64,000 bases of DNA, taken from Gammaproteobacteria bacterium (lineage in GTDB: Bacteria > Pseudomonadota > Gammaproteobacteria > Steroidobacterales > GCA-2729495). The position numbers and the translations under genes are program-made. The number at the start of each line of letters is the position of its first letter. The stretch's first letter is position 1. The notes under the pieces were generated by a model that did not search any database, had not been told where the DNA came from, and saw only the letters and a list, made by a program, of their open reading frames with translations. The DNA is taken from contig JAHDYM010000005.1 of the NCBI GenBank assembly GCA_023383705.1, positions 2,695-66,694 on the forward strand. Direction: 5' to 3'. This document shows, piece by piece, positions 37,932 to 46,865 of this stretch.

Positions 37932-37970
37932 GTCGCCACAGTCAGTTGTCGTAACGGCGTTTTTGCATTT

Positions 37971-38540
37971 ATGTACCTTGGTAGGCTCGCCGAAGTCCAG
38001 ATGGGCTTCCCGTTCCGGTCGCGTCTGGAGCACGACCCGCAGGGCGACGTGGCGGTAATCCAGATGAAAGACATCGATGGCGCCAACCTGCTCCATGCTG
38101 AGGAGGCCATCAGGGTGATGCTGCCAAAGGGCAAGACACGTCACATGTTGCGAGCGGGCGACCTGCTGTTCCGCTCGCGCGGTCGCAGCAATGGTGCGGC
38201 ACAGGTAATGGAGGGGATCGGCTCGGCCGTGCTTTCTGCGCCGATGCTGCTGATCCGGCCCCGCGGCGTGCTGCCCGAGTACCTGTGTTGGTACCTCAAC
38301 ACACCGGCCACCCAGGCGCAGCTTGCGGCGATGGCAGAGGGTACGTCGGTACGGATGATCAGCGCCGAAGCCCTGAAGACGCTGGACGTGCCGCTGCCCC
38401 CGCTGGACGTACAACGTCGCATCGCCCAGGCCGCCGCCCTGGCGGAACAAGAAAAAACGCTGCTGGCGCGGATCGCCACCCTTCGCGAGCGCCTGTCCAC
38501 CCAACTCCTGATCAAGTTTGTCCGTGAGGCCACGCCATGA
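37971..38540 (+). CDS. hsdS: type I restriction-modification specificity subunit, half-size (single target-recognition domain)
   Basis: 189 aa. It has one TRD followed by one conserved coiled region (LPPLDVQRRIAQAAALAEQEKTLLARIATLRERL). Its stop overlaps the hsdM ATG (ATGA). Confidence 0.7.
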   Translation: MYLGRLAEVQMGFPFRSRLEHDPQGDVAVIQMKDIDGANLLHAEEAIRVMLPKGKTRHMLRAGDLLFRSRGRSNGAAQVMEGIGSAVLSAPMLLIRPRGVLPEYLCWYLNTPATQAQLAAMAEGTSVRMISAEALKTLDVPLPPLDVQRRIAQAAALAEQEKTLLARIATLRERLSTQLLIKFVREATP

Positions 38541-40111
38541 CTGAACAGCTCATCCAGCAAGACGTCAACAACACCGCCTGGGCGGCCTGCGACACCTTTC
38601 GCGGCGTCGTCGACCCGGCGCAGTACAAGGACTACATCCTGGTGATGCTGTTCCTCAAGTACATCAGCGACCAGTGGGCCGACCACTACGCTGAATACCG
38701 GAAGGAGTACGGCGACAACGAGGAGCGCATCCGCCGCAAGCTGGAGCGCGAGCGCTTCATCCTCCCCTACGTCGAATTCAAGGACGAGAAGACCGGCAAG
38801 GTCACCGACCGTTTCCTGGCCGACTTCCATGCCCTGTACGAGCGGCGCAAGGCCGCCAACCTCGGCGAGCTGATCAATATCGTGCTCGACCACATCGAGG
38901 AGGCCAACAAGGCCAAGCTTGAAGGTGTGTTCCGCAATATCGATTTCAACTCCGAGGCCAATCTCGGCAAGACCAAGGACCGCAACCGCCGCCTGGAAAA
39001 CCTGCTGGGCGATTTCGCGAGGCTCGACCTGCGCCCCTCCCGCGTCTCCGAGGACGTGATCGGCAATACCTACATTTACCTGATCGAGCGTTTTGCCTCC
39101 GACGCCGGCAAGAAGGCTGGCGAGTTCTACACGCCCAAGCAGGTCTCGAAGCTGCTGGCGCAACTGGCCGCGCCCAAGCCCGGTGACCGCATCTGCGACC
39201 CCACCTGCGGTTCCGGTGGCCTGCTGATCGAAGCCGCCGCACTGGTCGAGGCGCAAGGCAGCCACGGAAATCCAAACAAGGACTTTGCCCTGTTCGGCCA
39301 GGAGGTCAACGGCAGCACCTGGGCACTGGCACGCATGAACATGTTCCTGCACGGCAAGGACGCAGCCCGCATCGAGTGGGGCGATACCCTCAACAGCCCG
39401 GCACTCGTCGAGGCCGACCGTCTGATGCGCTTCAACGTGGTGGTAGCCAACCCGCCATTCAGTCTGGACAAGTGGGGCAGCGCAGAGGCCGCGGCCGACC
39501 GCTACAGCCGATTCTGGCGCGGCCTGCCGCCCAAGTCCAAGGGCGACTATGCCTTCATCACCCACATGATCGAGACCGCGCTGCCGCAGGAAGGTCGCGT
39601 GGCCGTGGTGGTACCCCACGGTGTGCTGTTCCGGGGCGGTGCCGAAGGCCGCATCCGCCGTGCGCTGATCGAGGAAAACCTGCTGGATGCCGTCATCGGC
39701 CTGCCGGGCAACCTCTTCCCCACCACCTCCATCCCGGTCGCCATCCTGGTGTTCGATCGCGCCCGCGAGAAGGGCGGCGCCCGCGAAGCCTGCCAGGACG
39801 TGCTCTTCATCGACGCCAGCCGCGATTATCAGTCCGGCAAGAACCAGAACGCCCTGCTGGACGAGCATATGGCCAAGGTGCTCGCTACCTTCCGTGCCCG
39901 GCAGCCGGTGGACAAATATGCCCATGTGGCGAGCCTCCAGGAGATCGCCGACAACGACTTCAACCTCAACATCCCGCGCTACGTGGACACCTTCGAAGAA
40001 GAAAAAGAGATCGATGTGGCTGCGGTCGAGCAAGAGATCGAGCGACTGGAAGGCGAACTGGCGGAAGTGCGCGTGCGCATGAAGCAGTACCTCAAGGAAC
40101 TTGGCATATGA
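38537..40111 (+). CDS. hsdM: type I restriction-modification N6-adenine DNA methyltransferase subunit
   Basis: 524 aa. It has an HsdM N-domain, SAM motif I (DPTCGSGGLL) and catalytic motif IV (VVANPPFS). Confidence 0.95.
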   Translation: MTEQLIQQDVNNTAWAACDTFRGVVDPAQYKDYILVMLFLKYISDQWADHYAEYRKEYGDNEERIRRKLERERFILPYVEFKDEKTGKVTDRFLADFHALYERRKAANLGELINIVLDHIEEANKAKLEGVFRNIDFNSEANLGKTKDRNRRLENLLGDFARLDLRPSRVSEDVIGNTYIYLIERFASDAGKKAGEFYTPKQVSKLLAQLAAPKPGDRICDPTCGSGGLLIEAAALVEAQGSHGNPNKDFALFGQEVNGSTWALARMNMFLHGKDAARIEWGDTLNSPALVEADRLMRFNVVVANPPFSLDKWGSAEAAADRYSRFWRGLPPKSKGDYAFITHMIETALPQEGRVAVVVPHGVLFRGGAEGRIRRALIEENLLDAVIGLPGNLFPTTSIPVAILVFDRAREKGGAREACQDVLFIDASRDYQSGKNQNALLDEHMAKVLATFRARQPVDKYAHVASLQEIADNDFNLNIPRYVDTFEEEKEIDVAAVEQEIERLEGELAEVRVRMKQYLKELGI

Positions 40112-41118
40112 GTGGTGGCGAGCTGATCCTCTACACCGCCGAGGATGGCAGCGCCGCCATCCAGCTGCGTGCCGAAGACGGCACGGTCTGGCTGACGCAG
40201 CTCGAAATGGCCACGCTGTTCGACACCTCCAAGCAGAACGTCAGCCTGCACATCAAGAACATCCTGGCCGAGGGCGAACTGTCTCCGGCAGTCGTCAAGG
40301 AATACTTGACAACTGCCACTGACGGGAAGAACTACAAAACAAAGGCTTACAACCTCGACATGATCCTGGCCGTCGGCTACCGGGTGCGCTCCCCGCGCGG
40401 CACCCAGTTCCGCCAATGGGCCACCACCCACCTGCGCGAATACCTGGTCAAGGGTTTCGTGCTGGACGACGCCCGGCTCAAGGAGCCCGGTGGCTGGGAC
40501 TACTTCGACGAACTGCTGGCGCGTATCCGCGATATCCGCGCCTCGGAGAAGCGCTTCTACCAGAAGATCCGCGACATCTACGCTACCGCCGTGGATTACG
40601 ACAGCAAGTCGGAGGCTGCCCAGCTGTTCTTCAAGAAGGTACAGAACAAGATGCTCTGGGCCGTCACCGGCCACACCGCGCCCGAGCTGATCGCCGGCCG
40701 CGCCGACCCCGCCCTGCCCAACATGGGCCTTACCACCTGGGCCGGCGGCCGGGTGCGCAAGCAGGATGTCACCATCGCCAAGAATTACCTGAGCCAGGAC
40801 GAGATCGAGGCGCTGGATCGCATCGTCGTCATGTACCTCGACTATGCCGAGGACCAGGCCCAGCGTCGCTGCACCCTGACCATGCTCGACTGGGAAGACA
40901 AGCTCGACGCCTTCCTGCAGTTCAACGAGCGCGAGGTGCTGACCCACGCCGGCAAGCTGCGCGCGGATGTAGCGGAGAAGCTGGCGTTAGAGCGGTACGA
41001 GAGTTTCGACGCCGCTCGGCGTGAAGCGGCGCGGCTGGCGGCGGATGCCGTAGACATGGCGGCGCTGGAGAAGGCCGAACGGCAACTGGAAGGCAAGGGG
41101 CGGGGGAAGAGAAAATGA
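40108..41118 (+). CDS. rhuM: RhuM-family protein
   Basis: Start trimmed to ATG 40108 (ATGA overlap with hsdM). MSGGELILYTAEDG...IQLRAEDGTVWLTQLEMATLF...NVSLHIKNI...LDMILAVGYRV.S..GTQFRQWAT is the typical RhuM N-terminus. Confidence 0.8.
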   Translation: MSGGELILYTAEDGSAAIQLRAEDGTVWLTQLEMATLFDTSKQNVSLHIKNILAEGELSPAVVKEYLTTATDGKNYKTKAYNLDMILAVGYRVRSPRGTQFRQWATTHLREYLVKGFVLDDARLKEPGGWDYFDELLARIRDIRASEKRFYQKIRDIYATAVDYDSKSEAAQLFFKKVQNKMLWAVTGHTAPELIAGRADPALPNMGLTTWAGGRVRKQDVTIAKNYLSQDEIEALDRIVVMYLDYAEDQAQRRCTLTMLDWEDKLDAFLQFNEREVLTHAGKLRADVAEKLALERYESFDAARREAARLAADAVDMAALEKAERQLEGKGRGKRK

Positions 41119-42332
41119 AAACGCCCGTCAATTGGAAAAGCACGCTGCTTCATCGTGTTGCCGAAGTTCGATCTGGTCTGTCGAAGAGCACGAAACGCGA
41201 AGGACCGACTGTCAGGAAACCCTACTTGCGGGTTGCGAATGTCCAAGACGGCTTCCTTGACCTGTCAGAAATCAAGGAAATCGATGCGCCAGAGAATCAG
41301 GTCGCGCGCTTCACGTTGAAGCAGGGAGACCTGCTGCTAATTGAAGGCAACGGCAATCCTGAAAACCTCGGGCGCGGATGCATTTGGGATGGCCAAATCC
41401 CGGAATGCGTCCATCAGAACCATGTCTTCGCCGTACGGACTCTGCCCGACGCTGAAATGCTGCCGGAGTTCATGGCGCTTCAGCTTCAGTCAGATCACGG
41501 ACGCAATTATCTCCTTTCATGCGCAAAGGGTTCGACAGGTCTATCTACGCTCAACTCTGCGCAGTTGAAGGAGTTCCCTCTACTCTCGCCGTGCGTCACA
41601 GAACAGCGATCCATTGTCGCTGCGATTGCGACCTGGAACACCGCCATCCAGAGAACCGAGCAACTGATCGCGGCGAAGGCGAGGCAAAAAGCTGGTTTGA
41701 TGGCTGAATTGCTTACTGGGCGCCGGCGTCTTGCCGGGTTCCAGACGGCGTGGCGCACTTGGCATCTCGGTGAGTTGTTCCGGGAACGGGTGGAGAACAA
41801 CCGGAAAGACCTGCCCCTGCTCTCAATCACAAGAGAGGAAGGAGTAGTCCCACGAGATTGTCTTGACCGAAAAGACACCGCCAGCGAAGACAAGTCGAAG
41901 TACCTGCGTATCTGCCCAGGCGATATTGGTTACAACACCATGCGAATGTGGCAAGGCGTTTCGGCACTGTCTCGCCATGAAGGAGTTGTCAGCCCCGCTT
42001 ACACGGTTTGCATTCCTGGCCCGGAGATTGACGGCACGTTTGCGTCCTACTTGTTCAAGCTGCCGGAAGTGGTTCACCTGTTCTACCGCTTCTCACAGGG
42101 CCTAACCTCGGACACATGGAACCTAAAGTTCCACCACTTCGCGGCAATAAGAGTTCGTATCCCTGAGCCCGAAGAGCAAGTCGCTATTGCTTCACTTCTC
42201 TCGATTCTTGATGAGGAACTGGCGCTCATCAGGCAACAACGCGACGCACTTGCACATCAGAAGCGCGGCCTGATGCAGAAGTTGCTCACCGGCCAGTGGC
42301 GGCTGCCCATCGAGGAGGAGGCAATGGCATGA
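41115..42332 (+). CDS. hsdS: type I restriction-modification specificity subunit, full length (two TRDs)
   Basis: 405 aa. It has two variable TRDs separated by and ending in conserved helices (...KAGLMAELLTGRRRL... and ...KRGLMQKLLTGQWRL). The DNA here is visibly more A/T-rich than its surroundings. Confidence 0.9.
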   Translation: MKTPVNWKSTLLHRVAEVRSGLSKSTKREGPTVRKPYLRVANVQDGFLDLSEIKEIDAPENQVARFTLKQGDLLLIEGNGNPENLGRGCIWDGQIPECVHQNHVFAVRTLPDAEMLPEFMALQLQSDHGRNYLLSCAKGSTGLSTLNSAQLKEFPLLSPCVTEQRSIVAAIATWNTAIQRTEQLIAAKARQKAGLMAELLTGRRRLAGFQTAWRTWHLGELFRERVENNRKDLPLLSITREEGVVPRDCLDRKDTASEDKSKYLRICPGDIGYNTMRMWQGVSALSRHEGVVSPAYTVCIPGPEIDGTFASYLFKLPEVVHLFYRFSQGLTSDTWNLKFHHFAAIRVRIPEPEEQVAIASLLSILDEELALIRQQRDALAHQKRGLMQKLLTGQWRLPIEEEAMA

Positions 42333-42832
42333 GCGATCTCATCACCAAACTGGCCGACGAGGCCAACCGGATCGAGGAAGACACCGAGCACTCGTTCAAG
42401 GGGCACTACAACGCGGCAGCGCGCTGGGGCCGCTATCACCTTTGTATCGGCTTACCCGCCGCGCTGTCGGCGGCGAGCGCCGGTGCAGCCGCCTTCAGGG
42501 ACCAGCCGGAGTGGGCAGGTGCGCTTGCGCTGGTGTCCACCGCGCTAACAACCGTATTGACGTTTCTGAAGCCATCGGAGCGGGCGGAGATGCACAAAGC
42601 CGTCGCCGGTCAGTACCAGTCGCTGCGCAATCAGGCACGTATCTTTCGGGAGATCGGCCTGTTGGACGGCATGGCGCCTGAGGAAGCCAAGACCCGCCTG
42701 TTCGCACTTGCAGAGGCACGTGACGAACTAAACCAGCGGGCGCCAGCCATCGCACGTGGTGATTACGAGTTGGCAAAGCAGGATATCGATGGCGGGCGGG
42801 CCCGCTACCGTGCAGATGAGTCGAAACCATGA
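42329..42832 (+). CDS. SLATT-like small membrane protein (two adjacent TM helices flanked by helical regions), putative pore-forming effector
   Basis: Start at ATG 42329 (ATGA overlap with hsdS), giving 167 aa. The N-helix is followed by YHLCIGLPAALSAASAGAAAF, then RDQPE, then WAGALALVSTALTTVLTFL, then a charged helical tail. It lies immediately upstream of a SMODS-type NTase. Confidence 0.65.
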   Translation: MSDLITKLADEANRIEEDTEHSFKGHYNAAARWGRYHLCIGLPAALSAASAGAAAFRDQPEWAGALALVSTALTTVLTFLKPSERAEMHKAVAGQYQSLRNQARIFREIGLLDGMAPEEAKTRLFALAEARDELNQRAPAIARGDYELAKQDIDGGRARYRADESKP

Positions 42833-43647
42833 CTATTAACAGCTATCTCTCCGGCCTTGCTATTCAGGCGATCCTCCGCGATGACGAGAAAGCGAGCGTG
42901 CAGCGTTCGATTATTGCGTTGCAAACCCGCTTGGCCAACCACTTTGGTACACAGATCGATCGGCACTTTGTGTTTGGCTCCTATAGCCGTGGAACCATCC
43001 TGCCCCGTTCGATGGATCCGCAATCGGATGTCGATTACATGGTGGTCTTTGCCGATACCGGACTACAGCCGCAAAGCTACTTGGATCGTCTGCGTCGATT
43101 CGCTGAGGTCCAGTACGCCCGATCCGAAGTGGCGCAATCGAACCCGACTGTGGTGCTGGAACTCAACCACATTCGCTTCGAGCTGGTTCCCGCTGTAAGG
43201 AACTGGATCGGTGGCCTGCAGATCCCCGGCAAGGGCTCCGGTTATCAGAGTTGGCAAGATACCGACCCGAACGGTTTCAACCAGACGCTGAGCAACACAA
43301 ATCAGGCCAATGGCAATCTCATCAAGCCCCTGGTCAGAGTCATGAAGTACTGGAACGCCACGGCCGATTACCCCTTCGAGTCCTATGCACTGGAACAACA
43401 TATTGCTGGGCAGGGATATAGCTTCCTTGGGCTGCTTGCCTCTCGCCAATTGGCGCAATACTTCTTCGAAGCTGTCGACTCACTAGAAGCGGGCTGGTAC
43501 TCGCCGCAATGGAAGCAGGATGCGGTACGACGTCTTAAAGAGTTGGCCTCTCATGCCCAGTCCAAAGAGCGGTCTGGCCAACCGGGCGTTGCGGAAATCA
43601 CGCTCAGGCGACTGCTGCCCCCAGTTGGCCGCGCGGTGAGGGTCTGA
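42829..43647 (+). CDS. SMODS / minimal Pol-beta-fold nucleotidyltransferase (CD-NTase-like)
   Basis: 272 aa, with ATG overlapping the SLATT stop (ATGA). The NTase motif is FGSYSRGT (G50-S51), then D67-V-D69 (nt 42976-43035). A third acidic residue lies in RFELVPA (E118). Confidence 0.7.
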   Translation: MTINSYLSGLAIQAILRDDEKASVQRSIIALQTRLANHFGTQIDRHFVFGSYSRGTILPRSMDPQSDVDYMVVFADTGLQPQSYLDRLRRFAEVQYARSEVAQSNPTVVLELNHIRFELVPAVRNWIGGLQIPGKGSGYQSWQDTDPNGFNQTLSNTNQANGNLIKPLVRVMKYWNATADYPFESYALEQHIAGQGYSFLGLLASRQLAQYFFEAVDSLEAGWYSPQWKQDAVRRLKELASHAQSKERSGQPGVAEITLRRLLPPVGRAVRV

Positions 43648-43649
43648 CG

Positions 43650-46600
43650 GTGGACTCCTTCCGCTTCGATGAGAAATACCTCTCCCAGATCCCAGCGCTA
43701 CAGGTCCTGGTCAATCTGGGCTACCAGTACCTGACGCCTGCCGAGGCGCTGGCCGCACGCGGCGGCAAGGCCGGTAACGTGCTGCTGGAGGAGATCCTGC
43801 GCGAGCAATTGAAGAAGCGGAACCGCATCCAGCACAAGGGCGGCAGTTATCTCTTCAGCGAGGAGAACATCCAGAGCGCTATCCAGCGTCTGAAGAACGT
43901 CAAGTACGACGGTCTGCTCAAGACCAACGAGGCGGTGTACGACCTGTTGACGCTGGGCGTGGCGCTGGAGCAAACCATCGAGGGCGATCTGAAGAGCTTC
44001 ACCCTCAACTACATGGACTGGCGCAACCCGGCAAACAACGTCTATCACGTGGCCGCCGAGTTCGCGGTGGAGCGCACGCGCAGCGTGGAGACCTGCCGGC
44101 CGGACGTCGTGCTGTTCGTCAACGGCATCCCCTTCGCGGTGATCGAATGCAAATCGCCCAGGGTCGAGGTGGCCCAGGCTATCTCGCAGACCATTCGCAA
44201 CCAGCGCGACGAGTACATCCCGCGCCTGTTCAGTTATGTGCAGATGGTGCTGGCGCTCAACAAGAATGAGGCGCGCTACGCCACCACCGGCACCCCAGCC
44301 AGGTTCTGGTCGAAATGGAAGGAGGACGTGGCGGATGCTGAGTTGGCGCCACTGCTGGAGCGCCCGCTGCCGGAGTCGGTCAAGGCCTCGCTGTTCGATC
44401 TGGCCTTTGCCGAGCTGGGTGTACGCGAGGAAATCGCGCCCTATCTGGTCGGCCGGCAGGTGACCGAGCAGGATCGAACACTTTACGCGCTCTGCCGCCC
44501 TGAACGCCTGCTGGAAATGGCCTGGGCCTTCACGGTGTTTGATGGCGGCGTGCGCAAGATCGCGCGCTACCAGCAGATGTTCGCCATTCGCGAGGTGCTC
44601 GCACGCGTCAAACAGACGGACGACAGCGGCAAGCGGCGCGGTGGCATCGTCTGGCACACCCAGGGTTCGGGCAAGTCGCTGACCATGGTGATGCTGGCGC
44701 GCGCGCTGGCACTGGAACCCGCGATCCGCAACCCGCGCATCGTGCTGGTCACCGACCGGGTGGATCTGGACAAGCAGCTCGGCAACACCTTCACCGCCTG
44801 TGGCCTTTCGCCCGACCGCGCCGAGAGCGGCCGCCACCTGGTGGAGCTGGTGTCAGACGGAAAAGCGCATATCGTCACCACCCTGGTGCACAAGTTCGAC
44901 AAAGCGCTGGCCTACAAGAAATTCAGCGACGCCTCGCCCGACATCTTCGTGCTGGTGGACGAGACCCAGCGTACACAGCTGGGCGGCTATTCGGCGCGCA
45001 TGCGGCAGATGTTCCCCAATGCCTGCTACATCGGCTTTACCGGCACGCCACTGCTCACTCGCGAGAAAAGCGATGTCGCCAGGTTCGGTGGTGTGATCCA
45101 CACCTATGCCATCGACCAGGCGGTGGCCGACGGTGCCATCGTGCCGCTGCTCTATGAAGGGCGCATGGTGGAGCTGGAGCAGAACCAGGCGGCGATCGAC
45201 GTCTGGTTCGAGCGCCACACCCAGGGTCTCACCGACCCGCAGAAGGCCGACCTCAAGAGGAAGTACGCCCGCGCCGAGATGCTGAACAAGGCCGAGCAGG
45301 TGATCTACATGCGTGCCTTCGACATCAGCGAGCATTACCGCCAGAACTGGCAGGGCACCGGCTTCAAGGCACAGCTCGTGGCCCCCAACAAGGCGGCGGC
45401 GCTGCGCTACAAGGCATTTCTCGATGAGCTGGGCACGGTCAGCAGCGAGGTGATCATCTCCCCGCCCGATGAGCGAGAAGGCTTCGATGAGATCGATGCC
45501 GAGGAGTCCAGCGATGCGGTAGTGGCCTTCTGGCAGCGCATGATGAGGCGCTATGGCTCGGAGGAGGACTACAACAAGCAGATCGTCAACGCCTTCAAGT
45601 TCGGCGAAGAGCCGGAGATCCTGATCGTGGTGGACAAGCTGCTGACCGGCTTCGACGCACCGCGCAACACCGTGCTCTATCTCACCCGCCGGCTCAAGGA
45701 CCACTCCCTGCTGCAGGCCATCGCCCGGGTGAATCGCCTCTACGAAGATGAGTCCGGCAGCAAGGCCAAGGACTTCGGTTACGTCATCGACTACGTGGGC
45801 GTACTCGGTGAACTGGACCAGGCGCTGAGCACCTACAGCGCCCTGGATGGATTCGAGGCGGCGGATCTCGAGGGCGCGCTGACCTCGATCCATGCGGAAG
45901 TCCGGGCACTGCCGCAGCGCCATGCGGAACTGTGGGACCTGTTCAAGACGGTGAAAAACCGTCAGGACGAGGAGGCCTTCGAACTGCTGTTGTCGAATGA
46001 AAAGCTGCGCGCGGATTTCTACGAGCGGCTGACAGCCTACGCGAAGACTTTGGGGATAGCGCTGTCCAGCGAACGCTTCATCACCGAGACGCCAGAGCAG
46101 AAGCTGCACACCTACAAGAACGATCTGAAACGCTTCGTCAATCTCAAGGCAGCAGTGAAGCTGCGCTATGCCGAGTCCGTGGACTACCGCGATTTCGAGT
46201 CGCGCATCCAGAAACTGCTCGACACGCACATTTCGGCTTCCGAAGTGGTGCGATTGAATGCACCGGTGAACATCTTCGACGAAGCCGCATTTCAGAAAGT
46301 CGTTGAGGAACAGGGCGCTGGCGGCGAGAAGAACCTGGGCGCCAAGGCCGACATGATCGCGCACGCTACCAGGCGCGCCATCAACGAGCGGCTGGAGCAG
46401 GACCCGGCCTTCTACGAGAAGTTCTCGAAGCTGATCCAGCAGGCCATCGACGACTACCGCGCCAGGCGCCTGTCTGATCTGGAGTACCTGCAGCGTGTCA
46501 CCGAGATCAGGCAAGCCGTGGTCTCGCGCAAGGGCGACGACCTGCCGCCGGCGCTGAATGGTGACGCCGATGCGGCCGCCGTCTATGGCCTGCTGCGCCC

Positions 46601-46865
46601 CTTCGTGGCGAGCCATCTGAGCGATACCGAGCAGGCCCGGAGCACCGCCGCCGAGGCCGCCGTGGCGGTGTGGGATATCTTCCGGCGCAACAGGAAGGTG
46701 GGCTACTGGGACGACCTAGACGCGCAACGCCGCACCATGAACGAGATCGACGACTATCTCTATGACGACGTGAAGGGCGCGCGCGGCATCGCGCTATCCA
46801 CCGACGAAATGGACGAGATCATCGAGAAGACCATGCAGCTCGCCCGCCACCGGATGGAAGGGTGA
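43650..46865 (+). CDS. hsdR: type I restriction enzyme R subunit (helicase/nuclease)
   Basis: 1071 aa with GTG start 2 nt after the NTase stop. It has an N-terminal PD-(D/E)xK region (PDVVLFVNGIPFAVIECK). The SF2 motifs are TQGSGKS, VLVDETQR and FTGTP, with the later helicase motifs also present. Confidence 0.95.
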   Translation: MDSFRFDEKYLSQIPALQVLVNLGYQYLTPAEALAARGGKAGNVLLEEILREQLKKRNRIQHKGGSYLFSEENIQSAIQRLKNVKYDGLLKTNEAVYDLLTLGVALEQTIEGDLKSFTLNYMDWRNPANNVYHVAAEFAVERTRSVETCRPDVVLFVNGIPFAVIECKSPRVEVAQAISQTIRNQRDEYIPRLFSYVQMVLALNKNEARYATTGTPARFWSKWKEDVADAELAPLLERPLPESVKASLFDLAFAELGVREEIAPYLVGRQVTEQDRTLYALCRPERLLEMAWAFTVFDGGVRKIARYQQMFAIREVLARVKQTDDSGKRRGGIVWHTQGSGKSLTMVMLARALALEPAIRNPRIVLVTDRVDLDKQLGNTFTACGLSPDRAESGRHLVELVSDGKAHIVTTLVHKFDKALAYKKFSDASPDIFVLVDETQRTQLGGYSARMRQMFPNACYIGFTGTPLLTREKSDVARFGGVIHTYAIDQAVADGAIVPLLYEGRMVELEQNQAAIDVWFERHTQGLTDPQKADLKRKYARAEMLNKAEQVIYMRAFDISEHYRQNWQGTGFKAQLVAPNKAAALRYKAFLDELGTVSSEVIISPPDEREGFDEIDAEESSDAVVAFWQRMMRRYGSEEDYNKQIVNAFKFGEEPEILIVVDKLLTGFDAPRNTVLYLTRRLKDHSLLQAIARVNRLYEDESGSKAKDFGYVIDYVGVLGELDQALSTYSALDGFEAADLEGALTSIHAEVRALPQRHAELWDLFKTVKNRQDEEAFELLLSNEKLRADFYERLTAYAKTLGIALSSERFITETPEQKLHTYKNDLKRFVNLKAAVKLRYAESVDYRDFESRIQKLLDTHISASEVVRLNAPVNIFDEAAFQKVVEEQGAGGEKNLGAKADMIAHATRRAINERLEQDPAFYEKFSKLIQQAIDDYRARRLSDLEYLQRVTEIRQAVVSRKGDDLPPALNGDADAAAVYGLLRPFVASHLSDTEQARSTAAEAAVAVWDIFRRNRKVGYWDDLDAQRRTMNEIDDYLYDDVKGARGIALSTDEMDEIIEKTMQLARHRMEG

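Noticed and set aside
38141-40033. 630-aa minus-strand ORF antisense to hsdM
   Set aside because: This is the same kind of artefact. hsdM on the plus strand has all methyltransferase motifs, and the antisense product has none.
39376-40107. Upstream 244 codons of the ORF containing rhuM (the ORF track gives 39376-41118)
   Set aside because: This part lies inside hsdM in a different frame and translates to Arg/Pro/Gly-rich sequence. The RhuM homology begins at the ATG that overlaps the hsdM stop.
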